Assembly (NCBI GenBank): GCA_963693365.1 | Contig: CAVNZM010000001.1 | Span: 20,344,125 to 20,408,124 of the forward strand | Source: Amoebidium appalachense | Taxonomy: Eukaryota; Protista; Ichthyosporea | Length of the DNA: 64,000 bases | Direction of reading: 5' to 3' | Part shown: one piece after another, positions 10,692 to 23,227 of the stretch | How the letters are laid out: each line of letters opens with the position of its first letter | How positions within the stretch are numbered: position 1 is the stretch's first letter | The notes under the pieces: model-generated | Told to the model about the DNA's origin: nothing | What the model saw: only the letters and a program-made list of their open reading frames with translations | Database searches by the model: none | Translations under genes and position numbers: made by a program

Positions 10692-11411
10692 TCACACAGT
10701 GACAGATCGGTTAAGATCATCCATAAGCTGCCCATGAGGCTGTTCTATGCTCTCAGACTGCCAGTGGACCTGAGAGACGGCCTGGGCTAGCGTCGAGCTT
10801 CTGTGATGAAATATTGCCGACAGTGTAAGTCTCACTCCCAGCTCCAGCATTGGATTTTTTACCAGCGCCGTGTCAGTACACGCATCTAGCAGCGCGTAAA
10901 TGTGCGAGTCAAAGACACCACTGGCAAGGTCTCCCTGCAGCTTCTCAGGCCACCCCATCAACTGTATACCCTTCGATATAGCCATCAACACTGTAGTTGC
11001 TATGTATGCAAATAACACGATTATACCATGCACTGTATGGAGCTGGCCACACGCCTTTGTCATGCTACCAAGATGCTGCGACGAGCAACTAAGCTCCGCC
11101 TGCGGGCCTGTGTCTGCATCACGCATGCTGGCTGTATCCAACCTCCGAGAGGCCGAGGCACTTGCCTGTGCTTCAAGTGCTAGTGTAGCCGCGGCTGCGG
11201 CTTCGGCTGCAGCTCTAGCCTCTGCACGTTCTCGCCGTGCCACACTTTTGTTTTCCATGGCTTCCATTAGGTCACGATCAAGCATACTATCAGTCATGGA
11301 GGGAGGCCTTCCCGCCTGCCCTGATTCGTCGATGCCCGCCACGAGAGCCACCAAATCCTCTGTAAGCCCCGAGGTCGACGTCTCCAACATGTTTGCCCTG
11401 GGTGTAGCCAT
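10692..11411 (-). CDS. Putative poxvirus A11-like / DUF5767-like viral membrane assembly protein, 239 aa
   Basis: Acidic/helical N-terminus, a hydrophobic helix, then QLMGWPEKLQGDLASGVFDSHIYALLD...NPMLELGVRLTLSAIFHH. This matches from memory the LxGW...P.L.L...L..SA..H pattern of NCLDV DUF5767 and the LxG(x10)SG(x5)IxAxxD...PxL pattern of vaccinia A11. Confidence 0.6.
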   Translation of the reverse strand: MATPRANMLETSTSGLTEDLVALVAGIDESGQAGRPPSMTDSMLDRDLMEAMENKSVARRERAEARAAAEAAAAATLALEAQASASASRRLDTASMRDADTGPQAELSCSSQHLGSMTKACGQLHTVHGIIVLFAYIATTVLMAISKGIQLMGWPEKLQGDLASGVFDSHIYALLDACTDTALVKNPMLELGVRLTLSAIFHHRSSTLAQAVSQVHWQSESIEQPHGQLMDDLNRSVTV

Positions 11412-11443
11412 GATTACCTCTCATCCCCAAAAATTAATTTCTG

Positions 11444-11860
11444 TCATGCCTCAAACCATGAATCTGAAGACTTCTCATGGACTGCAAGCTTCCAGTTGGT
11501 AGTTTCAGGCTGCTTTGTGGTTATGAACGCCATCATAGTCTCGGGAGAGAGCTCAAGTTTACCCCCCTTCACTGCATCGCAATACTCCTTGCATGCTTGT
11601 TCAATGCGTTTTAGAGACATTGCAGCTTTCCCCCTCACCTTTTGCAGTGAAATGGCTTTATCGTCCACACCTGGGATTTGCAACGTGAGCAGCCGGTGAC
11701 TGCGCATGTATTTAATCAGCAGACGGGAGTATACACGCTTCTTCTCTATGTCCCTGTACGTCATTGTGTTTCTGCCCAGCTTTCTAAGACGAATGTACTC
11801 GCAGGCTAACTTTGCCATCTTATCTGGCCCCTCGCTGATAATGTCCTGCGTTTGCCTCAT
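11444..11860 (-). CDS. Putative DUF5760-like NCLDV protein, about 138 aa
   Basis: N-terminal helix, then LIKYMRSHRLLTLQI...ISLQKVRGKAAMSLKRIEQACKEY...ETMMAFITTKQPE...KL. Size and pattern resemble the conserved giant-virus DUF5760 family (recalled, not searched). Confidence 0.55.
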   Translation of the reverse strand: MRQTQDIISEGPDKMAKLACEYIRLRKLGRNTMTYRDIEKKRVYSRLLIKYMRSHRLLTLQIPGVDDKAISLQKVRGKAAMSLKRIEQACKEYCDAVKGGKLELSPETMMAFITTKQPETTNWKLAVHEKSSDSWFEA

Positions 11861-11990
11861 CTTGGACCTGGTATGGCCTATGTACATACAACAAACACAA
11901 AAAGTTTCTGTACCCGGGAAAACTTGCAAAAAAAACACTATTTGACATCCGACTTTCGTGGAGCTGCATTTATACACCTCTCCCTAGATG

Positions 11991-12224
11991 CGATTGGACG
12001 GCAATCTACCGTCAACCCATCTAAGGCTAAAAACTCTAGCCAAATAAAGCTATTCCGCATGCCATCACAAAGCCCGACCCAGCCATCGAACGCCCTCCTG
12101 GGCGCTCCCCCTATACCGCCTGAACCAGCGCCAATTTGGACGTATCTCGGTCGGGTCGGGCGCTGGTTGATGCATTATTTCCGAGCTAGAAAAAATTCCC
12201 AAAATCCGGGGGTAGGATGTGTGT
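11991..12224 (-). repeat. Right terminal inverted repeat (234 bp)
   Basis: CGATTGGAC...GGGGGTAGGATGTGTGT followed by the TSD ACGG; no mismatch to the left TIR seen by eye. Confidence 0.95.
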
Positions 12225-12399
12225 ACGGTCACACACACCGCGGTACGTACCATGCTAAGCACAAAAAGAAACACACCAACGTCACGGCCACGTGTACACA
12301 CACACACACGTATATACACACAGCTTCGCGCTCAAACGCACACGCACACACACAGCACTTGCCGTGAGGCCAAATGGTCGACTTTCCTTCTGTACTGCA

Positions 12400-13060
12400 T
12401 GGTTGATGGCCGCATCATGATCATGAAACACTGTGAAAGGGGGGGGGGGGGGGGGGAGGGGGAGGGGGAGGGGGGAGGGAGGGGCTCCGAAAGGGGGGGG
12501 GGGGGAAGGCGCGGGGAGGGGCCGGGGGGGGGGGGGGGGGGGGGGGGCTTTAAGAACACATATGTACATGTGTATGTATATGTTACACCTGTTATAAATT
12601 GAATTCTAGCTGCGGCGCTGGCTTTGATAAACGCCACATATGCATGTCTGTAGTCTTGGCCGTCTGCACAGCACGTCTGCACTATTACTATATAGTAGAC
12701 CGCGGCAGCACGGCTACAGCGATTGCAGCTGATAGCAGACCGTCCACCAGAAACAGACAACCATGGGCCCGAAAAAAATACACAGGGAGACACAATTAAT
12801 ATATGTTGAGCAGGTATCCAGTGCACACCGTGCCACTGACATGTACAGATCGTGGCACACCCACCCATACACAGTGCATGCAACAATGGGACACACCGGC
12901 TACGTATACCAGGCGGCGCTGCCAGTATGTATGGGGACTGGAGCGCATCCAGACACGCTAGGCAACTAATTAACCCACTTCTTCCCGCCTTAATTAAGCT
13001 TTCTCCCTCGCTCCCCCCCCCCCCCCCTCCTTCTCTACCCATCCCCCCCAGGCCTTCTCA

Positions 13061-13132
<72 letters not shown>

Positions 13133-13439
13133 TATATATATATATATGGCATGTATATATAGATCTCTCTCTGTCTCTCTCTCTCTCTCTCTCCCCCCCC
13201 CCCCCTAGATCTCTAGATCTCTCTGTCTATCTGTGTCTCTCTCTCTATATATCTCTCTCTCCCTCTTTCTCTCTCTTTCTCTCCCCCATTCCCCTTCCCC
13301 CCCTTTCCGAGGCTCTCTCTAGATCTCTCTGTCTCTCTCCATACATGATCTCTCTCTCTCCCCCTCCCTCCCCCCCCCCCTCTCTCTCTGTCTCTCGCTT
13401 GAGATCTCTCTCTCCCCCCCCCCCCTCCTCTTTCCCCCC

Positions 13440-13523
<84 letters not shown>

Positions 13524-13524
13524 A

Positions 13525-13587
<63 letters not shown>

Positions 13588-13681
13588 CTCTCTCTCGTGC
13601 TCTCTTTCCCTCTCTTGCTTCCTTCTTCCCCATCTTTCCCTCTCTTAATTTTTCTCTCACACAACATTCTATGCAACCACC

Positions 13682-13727
<46 letters not shown>

Positions 13728-14885
13728 CCCCCCCCCCCCCCCCCCCCCCCTCCCCCCCCCCCTCCCCCCCCCCCCCCCCCCCTCCCTCCTCCTCCTCCGG
13801 CTACCTTTCTTTCCGTACGTAACCCAGAGGGGCGGGTTGGTGCAATGGTAAGATCTCTGCGTGTCAAACTCCGAGTCGCAGGATCGATCCTTGATACTTC
13901 CGCTGTTACTTCCGCTTTTTGTCTGCTCGACGGTCCACCGGTCTGGCCGCCCCCTAGAAGCCATCACCCCAAACCACGTCACGTCAACAGCACCACCAAT
14001 TTGTGACATGACGTCATGAACACATTGGCCCTCTGACGTCGACGGCGCGCCGCTTGGGCATCCCGGCCCAAGCTCCCCTGAGGCAGTGCCTCGGTGGGAG
14101 TGACTCAGGATAAAACGTACGTACCCCACATCATTACCGCTTCTGCCTCCTCCGTCTTCCCCCTCCCCCCCCCCCCTCCCCCCCTTCTTCTTCCTCCCCA
14201 ATGTCTCGAGCTCCTTCGAAGCACGTACTGGTACACGTGTCAAACGGGCCACGCGCCAGGCAGACACAGCTATGTGCAGGCAAAACCTGATCACACTCCG
14301 GGCAACCGTTGACACGCACGCAGTCACAGTTGTACTGTTACACCTGCGCACGGTGCCACACACACACATACATAGTATTCACGCACACACTGCCACATTC
14401 GTAAAGAGGCAGGTTCTTACACACACACAAAGTGCACACACATGCAGACACACGCGCACGCACAAGCGCGCGCACACACAGTATTGATCAGTATTAACTT
14501 GACACGCACATGTATGTACACATGCACACGGCTCGGCTTGAATGAGCCACATACGTGGACAAATATGAAGTTATGATGAAGAATGGTCTAACACACATAC
14601 TCAAGCGTACATGCACTCGCATGCCTTGTGTGACACACAAACACATTTCCCCCCCCCTCTCCGAACGCACACAAACAGGTACACACACCAATGTGAAGCT
14701 TCCGTATGTCCACAGAACGCACGCACACACCCACACACCTCCACACAAACACTTGTGTATACACACGCACGCACGCACGCTCAAACGCCAACACACGCAC
14801 ACACACGCGCAAATTTGCAAACACTTTCACGCACGTCCTCGCGCACATTACACACACCACAAACACACACAAACACACCGTACAC

Positions 14886-14944
<59 letters not shown>

Positions 14945-15071
14945 GTCATGTAGTCACACACAAAACATGTGCGCCCACACACACACAAACAATGGCACGC
15001 ACACACACACGCACGCACACAACACATTCTTCACAGCCTGAGAGAGAGAGAGAGAAAGAGAGAAGGAGAGC

Positions 15072-15169
<98 letters not shown>

Positions 15170-15542
15170 AAGCGGGAGGGAGGAGCTCGAGGTGGGCTGA
15201 GGGAGAGGAAGGGGGGGGGGGGGGGAGGAGAGAGAGAGAGAGAGAGAAGGGAGCCGGGGGGGGGGGGGGGGGAGGGAGGGGAGGGAGAGAGAGGGAGGGA
15301 GAGGGAGAGGAAGGGAGGGAGGGAGAGCACAATACTACTATTTCAAAGAACGGTTTATTCAGCCTTGCCAAGATCATTTTGAAGTTTTGACCTTACATAA
15401 CGGAAGTATGAATATGGTGGGTGCACGTGGGGGGAAGGTGGGAATTTGTCGATGCCGGGGAGCTCGAGGGAGGGGAGAGGGGGAAGGGGGCCGGGGGGGT
15501 GTGGGGCAGCGGGGGGCCCGGGGGGGTTGGGGGGTTGCGAGG

Positions 15543-15583
<41 letters not shown>

Positions 15584-15600
15584 TAATGGAGGGGATCGAA
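12400..15600. repeat. Low-complexity block: poly-G/poly-C, (CT)n, (CTAT)n, (CA)n, (GA)n
   Basis: Directly visible; similar tracts recur throughout the host introns and intergenic DNA. Confidence 0.9.
13832..13903 (+). other. Degenerate tRNA-like sequence (possible SINE head or tRNA pseudogene)
   Basis: A-box-like TGGTGCAATGG and B-box-like GGATCGATCC at tRNA spacing; GCGG...CCGC partial acceptor stem; the other stems are poor. Confidence 0.3.
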
Positions 15601-17795
15601 ACGCAGAGGCCCTTTGGATCCCTCTCCCCGGGATCACACCCCAATGCTTGCAGTAGAATACTACTACTGTTCACAGTGTCCGGCACCGTGTTAGGCACTT
15701 GGTGATCGTGTCCAGGCACCGTATGTGGAACCTGCAGCTGGCTGCAGGACGGTCTTATGGGGTAGTAGCCCTGGGCAAAGTGTGTACTTATAGTTAGGTT
15801 GTGAAGGATGGTTTAGCTTAGCTGAACTCATAGATAGCACCTTGACTAGTGTACTGTCGGTGCTGTGTGGTAGACGATAGTTTTCCGAGAGGGCCTGGAG
15901 AGGATCTCCGGGAACAAAACGTGATAATAATAAATAATAATAATAATAAAAAAATCAGAAAGGTCTTGCAATCAGCGGCAGGGGGCCAAGGACACCACCT
16001 TGGCCCTCCATCCCTCTCCGTGTGCGTGGCTGGCTTCCGGGGCTCTGGCTGTTTGAGTGGCCCCGTGGCAGTGTGACTGGGTGGGCCTGACAGTGCTGAC
16101 ACATCGATTCCCTCCCGACCGGGTGAGGTTTCAGCCAATCACAAGTCAATAAAAACCTAAATGACGTCATGCAATAACAAGGAGAGTCGGCTTCGAGCCT
16201 CGGCTGTTACGAAGGCGACAATGTTCTGGTCTTAGGCATCTGCGGGTACTTGTTTTTGTCCTGATATTCGTTATTTGTGCTTGTGATAGAAATCTACATG
16301 CTCCTTTTTCACAGAAGCACACGAAGCGATGAAGGCTTCGAAAATTTTGGCTTCGCTGTAAAGGTAGTGTTTTCACAGCGTGACGGCAGACGTCCGTCCG
16401 ATGGTGAGGGTGTTGCTGCTGCAGCCAATCGGAAATCGCTATCTGGAAGCTGATTGAGGACCAATCATCGGTCCGGTAGATCAGACATGTTTGAATCATG
16501 TACCATGTGAACTTCCTTTGAACGAAGAATAAATTTCCACGAACCCCACAATTTTGCATCCAGCTTAGAAATTCCGTGTATGCTGACATTTGGAATAGCA
16601 TTTTAAAAAATGATACTCCGAACGCAAAATCCGCATGAAAAGTCTGTTTAAAATATCAGTTATTTTAATAGAGATAAACGGGCATCTGCTGGTACAGGCA
16701 TCTTTAGTCAGCTGAGACTCTGCTCTTCTGCTTTAGAGTTTGGCTGGCTCTTATGCGGCAGAGTTTAGTGAGATATTTTGGGCATTCTTGACACCAGCCT
16801 TTGAAATCTGTGGTCAGGGATCAATCATCTCATTACCTTGACGCTCATATGCCCTTACCACAGCTAAAAATAACCACAAGCATGGGTACTTCGGATCATT
16901 CGTAAACAGAAGATATAAAGTTCAGAAATTTAGAGGGAGATTTTGTATGTTTAGGAAATAGGCATTTTTGGTTATGAATTATGTTCACAGTTTTATCGAG
17001 CGTTGTGAAAGCACTCGATCAGGTTTCGACGTACGGTATTGTTATGATCACCTACTTAGAATGGGTAACTTCTCAGCTCCAGCCACGACTGGCCCCTGGA
17101 GGAAGGGATAGTAAAGCGCACAGAAACTTAATATTTGATACAATGTGTAAACACTGCAATGTGTCCTGGAATACTGACGTTGTCTGTGTTCACTTCTGAA
17201 TGGGCCCAAGGACAAAGACCTTCATGTTGTTCTCAATGCGACTTCAAACCCTGATAAACAAGTACTCAAGCGCCATTTTCCGCGGTTCGTTAGCACCTAG
17301 ATCCTGGCGATTGATTGGGTATGGCTCAGGCAATGAATTAGGTCACGAAACAATCGTATTTTATTGGTGTCAAATCATGGCTCTTATAAGCTGGTGCCGA
17401 GGGCCGTTTCGCAACCCTGCCTGCGTGCCTGCCTCCCGGGGTATATAGAGCGTCATTGTCCAAGCCTTCGCCAGTCAGTCACGCGTACGCACACAGTGAG
17501 CAGTGGATGGAGTACCGTGTCCTCTACTTGAACCTTCTAAGTCGAGGACTTTTGACTCGCTGGTTTGCAGCGCCGTGGTCTCCGTGACATGCGAATGCTA
17601 ACGCAAAATTCTCACACTACTGAGCATTATATTGGATTGTTGGAGCACGACATCATGTTTTAGCGACTTGGAAGTATTAATAATATTGAAAACTGGGTGC
17701 TGTTTTAAAACTGGCACCTGCACTTCACTTAGGAAATTTTCCCCTGCTTTTAGAGATTCAAAAGCAAGAAACATAACATTTTTTACACAAACACC

Positions 17796-18455
17796 ATGGC
17801 CACTCTTTCTCCCCAAGTGGTTGTGCGGACCCCAAGTGCCCACAGCGTCAGTTCGTTCTCCACCAGTGCTTCTGAGGTGACCGGTCTATCGGATTGTGAA
17901 ACAAGCTCGCAACGCTCCCTTGCCTCTAACCGCTCATCCGACAACGTTTCCCACAACTCTACCACATCGGTGGGCCGCCTACAGATCTACCAACCTCCAG
18001 GTGGACGCCGCGCCGGGGAACGCAAGGGGTCGAAACAAGCCGTAAAACCAACACACAACGTAACGGGGTATGTGGTGAAGGAGTCGGCACACAACAACTA
18101 CCAGCGCTTGTGGCAGCCAAAGTGGTTTGTGCTTGACGTGCAGACGGGCGTGATCAGCTACTACAAGAAGAAGGGCGACCAGAAGGTGCACGGCACAGTC
18201 CGCCTTGCAGACTACAACGTGTGCGAGCGTGTCAAATGGTACGACGCATCCCAGACTCTCTTCACGCTCTATTCGACCACAAACACAAGTGCTCGCAGTT
18301 ATACGTTCTTCACACAGTCGAAGGAGGAGACAGACACGTGGATCCATTCCATCCGCCCGTTTTTGTCCGCCGACCAGTGCAGCCCAGTCATGAAGAAGAA
18401 GGGGTGGGCGCTGGTGGAGAGCAAGCTGTCTGCTCTGATGCCTCGAATGATGTGA
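17796..18455 (+). CDS. PH-domain protein, 219 aa, intronless
   Basis: Ser-rich N-terminus, then GYVVKES...WQPKWFVL...ISYYK...GTVRL...FTL...YTFFTQSKEETDTWIHSI, the canonical PH pattern with the conserved Trp helix. Confidence 0.85.
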   Translation: MATLSPQVVVRTPSAHSVSSFSTSASEVTGLSDCETSSQRSLASNRSSDNVSHNSTTSVGRLQIYQPPGGRRAGERKGSKQAVKPTHNVTGYVVKESAHNNYQRLWQPKWFVLDVQTGVISYYKKKGDQKVHGTVRLADYNVCERVKWYDASQTLFTLYSTTNTSARSYTFFTQSKEETDTWIHSIRPFLSADQCSPVMKKKGWALVESKLSALMPRMM

Positions 18456-20880
18456 ATATGCAATGATTTAAAACATTTGCATGGAATGCAGTCAGTCAAA
18501 TTGATGCGTGGAGTAAAAAGCATTAACTCCACATTGTATTTCTACTAAAACTGATAATGGGTTTTCAAAAGGGCAAAAGCAGTCCAACTTGAGTGTGTAG
18601 TAAGGTGCAAGGCTGACGAGGACGCTATGCGGCTGCTGCTTATTTCGAAAAGACAAGAGCTATTTCCCGGTGCTTGATCTGTACTCTATTATTAAGTATT
18701 TATGCCCGTAGCCTTGTTTTTTTATGATCGCATGAATATCTACATACAGCTCTGGCTCGTTCGAATGAGTGTGTTATTGAGACCCTGAGCTCTGTTGTAT
18801 GCTAATGCTATGAATGTGTCCCAACAATATATGCCTCACACTTGGGGTGCCCTGCTGTGCAGAGGCACACTTTGGCCGGCAAGTTCCCGCGCAGGATTAA
18901 ATTTTTTTTTTTGGCTAATGGTGAGCCAATGACATGCATGGAATAAATTTGTCAAGATGTGCAACAACAAATCGGGCCCACCTTTGTGTTTGATTACTTA
19001 TGGGATTTCTTGGGTACACCGTGCCCACATATGTTCACCGTGACTGTGCATTTTGTTGCATCGGTAGACTGGTTTAGGTGCTGTGTACGACAGTGTTTTC
19101 CTAAAGATGGTGCAAACTATGAAACGTTGTTTCAGCCCTTCCCCTCCCTCCCTCCCCCCTCCCCCGACGGCAGCCCGCTCCTCCACACGCTCATTCACCT
19201 GTGCGCATCCGTGTGCACGAGCGTGCACGTGCGCGCACACACACACACGCACACACATCACGCACACACGCACGCATGCACACACACGACAAAAAATATT
19301 ATCTTTCAAAAAGTATACCTGCTACGGCGGCATAAAATTAAACCCAATAATGTGGTGAACCTTTTGAGCTCGTTTGGTTTCAAAGAAAGCAAGAGTGAAA
19401 CTAATGGGCATTGACACATATGGCGATAAATAAGAGCATAACCCCCCAATTCACTGCTTTAAATTTACCATCTCCGCCCCCAGTGCTTTGTTACAAGCCT
19501 TTCGTGTTTTAGTGTATTTTTTGTTTAGAATACTTCTGCGTGCATGTGTGCATCCAAGAGTGTGAACGTGTGTGTCTGTGAGTGTGTGCCCACCCACGCG
19601 CGCCTGGGTGTGTAGGGATGAGTGGTTGCCACCTATACATCTGCTTTGACAATTTTGCGCTTGTGTCTTAGTACATGTGCTTTTGGTTATTTTCGCACAA
19701 GCATATGCGCCTACCTATTTGTGTACCATCAAAGATTCCCCTTTATGTTTCAAGTTTTTTTTCATTTTTTGGGAGGGGGGGGGGGGGGAGGGGGGTGGGG
19801 GTTGGACAGGAGGGGGGGATGGGGGGAGGGGGGGAGATGGGGGGGGGGGGGAGATGGGGGGGGGGGGGGGGGGATTATACTGCTACGGGCCCCCAGGGGC
19901 GGGGATGTGTACGGGGATGTGTGCGTGTTTGCCGTGTGTGCTTTTAATATAAATATTTCCTCTCCATTCTCCTCTCACTCCCTCCCCCTTTCTCTCCCCC
20001 AGCCCACCCAGATCCCTGAAAGACAACGAGATACCAGCCCAAGTTTGGATTTGTGCTAAGCTGTGGTGGCCAGGCATCATGACTACTAGGAGCAGATAAA
20101 TGACAGGGAGATATATTGCAAAGACATGATGCAAGGAAATAAACTGATAGAGTTGAGTTGCGTGGGGGTATGTGACGAGGAGATATGAGGAGATATGTTC
20201 TGGGGACAGAGCTAGGACGAAATACTGACAACATAAACTTGATCATGAGAATGTATACAAGGAGACATGGTACCAGGACTTACATAATTAAGCTACTAGG
20301 AGTACATACATATGATACAAGGAGATGTACAAGAAAACTCAAATACAAGGAGATACACAGGGAGATATGCTACGAGGACATTTACTACAAGGAGCCATAC
20401 AAAGAATCCTCGGTTAACGGTAGATATACAGGGAGATATGTTACGAGGATATACATATTCAACAAGGAGATATATTAAATTTCAAGGGGTACCAAGAGGT
20501 ATATAGGGAGATATGCTACGAGGACATCTACATACTACGTTTTTGAGGATAGTATACATGGCGTGGTACAGGGGATCCAGGCTTTTCGTGTCGGGGGAAG
20601 GGGAGGCTGCCGAGATTGACGCACTTGCCCCTGCAGACGGAGACCTGTGGTGTGGGTGGAGGGGGCCCGGGGGGCGGGGGGGGGGGGGGGGGGGGGGGGG
20701 GATGGGAAGGCCTTGGGCGAGGAAGAGGAGGGGGCTGGCGTGGAGGGGGGAAGAGGGAGAAGTGCCATGCATGTGCAAGTTTTGACCGTGTGCACGGGAC
20801 TGTGGATTTTATAGCGAAGGAAAGGTCGTGTGATGGGGGGAGGGTGGAGGCGGGGAGGGTGGTCGTGTGATGGTGGAAAA

Positions 20881-20964
<84 letters not shown>

Positions 20965-22529
20965 CGCTCCTGAGGATTGGAAAGGGGGGCTTAGCGGGAT
21001 GGAAGGGAGTCGCGGGTGTGCAGTGTTGTTGCTTTCGGACGAACGTGTGTGCTAAGTTAACTGCTTAGATGTTCTTGAGGAGGGGAACGGACCGAGATTT
21101 CAAGGAGGGTAAGCCATGTTGGAGGAGGGGATGGGAAGGGAAGGGAAAGTGGGGGGAGGGGGGAGGGGGGGGAGAAAGGGGGAAGGTGGTGATATATTAA
21201 AGGATGAGTAATATTTATTGAAAAGAGGAAGGCGGATCGGGGAGCTGAGGAACGAAGGGGCGACTTTCTCAGGAGAGGATGCAGATTTTACTGCTCAAGA
21301 TGGTAAGGAAATGGTTAAGAGAAGTGAGTGGCAAAAGGGGGTGGAGAGGGAGGGGGGGGGGGGGGGGGGGGGGTAAGGGATGCATCCTAGAGGAAGGGGA
21401 AAGAGGTGGGTGGGTGGTCACTGTTTAAGACATGCACGACAACAGCAATATAGGGTGGAAGGGGAGGGCGGAAGATAAAGGGAAAGAAGGAGAATGGGGA
21501 TTTAAGGGAAATGCCATTTTAATGGTGAAAGGGCGACGAGTCTATGGAATTGAGGAGGCCCCCGGGGGGGGGGGGGGGGGGGGGAGGGGGGGGGGGGGGG
21601 GGGGGGAGGGCGGGGATGGTATTGTACAATAATTATAGCAGCCCGAGTCCTTTCTGGTGCCGATGGTTTTACACTCATGACCAGCCAATCAAAACACCCC
21701 GTGAAAATTAGGTCTTTCTTGCATTGTAGATGTAACACCGAGTATGTTAACCAGGTTGGCAACAGAGGTGGTGGCATTGCCAACTCCATGAGGTAAGAGC
21801 AGGGTCTTTTTGGGGGAGGGGCGGGGGGGGGGGGGGGGGGGGGGGGAGGGGGGGGGGGGGGGGGGGGGGGGGAAGAAGGAGGGAGGGGAGGGAGGAGGAG
21901 GAGGGGGGGGGGGGGAAGGGGGTGTTGTTCGGGGAGGAGGAACTAAAAAACCTACAGTAGGCTTACTGTACGGTTTTGCGAAGGGGCTGAACATGAAAGG
22001 AGGAAAGGGGCAGGGATGATAATCGGGAGGAGGAGGAGGAGGGGGGGGGGGGGGGGAGGGGAGGGGGGGGGAAGGAGGGGAGGGGGAGAAGAATACAGAC
22101 TCATATGGGCTGTCACTCAGAAGTGTGTAGTCTTAGTGTGAAAGTGTGAGAAAGAATGCACTCTTTGGTGGGTTGGTTGTTAAAAGGTTCACGGGGGGTA
22201 AGACGGGAGGGGATGGTGGGGGATGGGGGGTGAGGGGAGGGGGGGGGGGAGAAGGGGGGGGATATTGTGGGGTTGGTGTGCCGAGGTGTTTATGTGGCGA
22301 AAGGCTGCTGCAAGTGCGCGACAAGCCTAAAGCGCTCGACAGGAGCCGAAGGGTGCGCGCACACACACGCGCGCACACAAACACACACACACACAAACAC
22401 ACAAACACACAAACTCACACACTTACACGCACTCACGCACACGCGGGCACAGTCACACGCACGGGCGCACACGCGCACGTGCGCGTGCGCACACACACAT
22501 ACACACGCACACACACACACGCACACACA

Positions 22530-22619
<90 letters not shown>

Positions 22620-22967
22620 GACGACGGTAAACCGATGAGGGTGCTAGGTAGAGCTCTGGGCTGAGCTCCAACTAATAGCGGATAAGAAGGGGAAGAATGG
22701 GGGAGTGGTGGTGTGTGTGTGCGTGGGTGTTTTGGGGGATTTGGGGGGGGGGGGGGATGCTCCCGTAGCTTGCAGTGACCGTCAATTCAAATGCCTTGGG
22801 TTGGCCCATCATGTGGTTTACTAAATTTACTGGGATTTTACTCGGATTTTCATTTATGCCACCCCCCCCCCCCCCCCCCCACAAAAAAAAAAAAGCTCTG
22901 TCTATTCTATCGGCCAACGGTTTTTCAGGTTTTCCCGTCTATTGCCATTACCTCTCTTTCTTTGTCT

Positions 22968-22998
<31 letters not shown>

Positions 22999-23174
22999 GG
23001 GGGGGGGGGTGAGGGAGGGAGGAAGGGGGGAGCGGGTTGCACAAACCCAGCTTGGGGGGCGCAGAGAAGTACGAAAGCTGCAGGCAGAGAGCTCGAGCAT
23101 GTGCAGGGAATGCGATGGAAGTGCACATGGGCCAGGATAGACCAGAATCCAGTTTTAAGATTGTGTGTGTGTGT

Positions 23175-23227
<53 letters not shown>

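Larger units (their letters stand above)
2136..12224. mobile_element. Polinton/Maverick-like self-synthesising element lacking recognisable capsid genes and carrying giant-virus-like cargo (10,089 bp; 9,479 bp without the nested LTR)
   Basis: 234-bp TIRs at both ends, ACGG duplicated at 2132-2135 and 12225-12228, pPolB plus RVE integrase, six intronless tightly packed genes in two convergent blocks, and no host-type poly-G/C or long microsatellite tracts inside. Confidence 0.92.

Noticed and set aside
9735-11860. Possibility that one of the three minus-strand ORFs is a capsid protein, packaging ATPase or protease
   Set aside because: No Walker A/B, no adenain-type His/Cys pattern, and all appear helical and short for a double jelly-roll; a structure check is still advisable.
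12332-15719. Many Pro/Gly/His-Thr/Val-Cys-rich ORFs here and throughout the window
   Set aside because: Translations of poly-G/C, (CA)n and (CT)n tracts.
20050-22330. GGAGATAT-rich degenerate repeats and possible retroelement relics
   Set aside because: No consistent period, termini or protein motif could be established.
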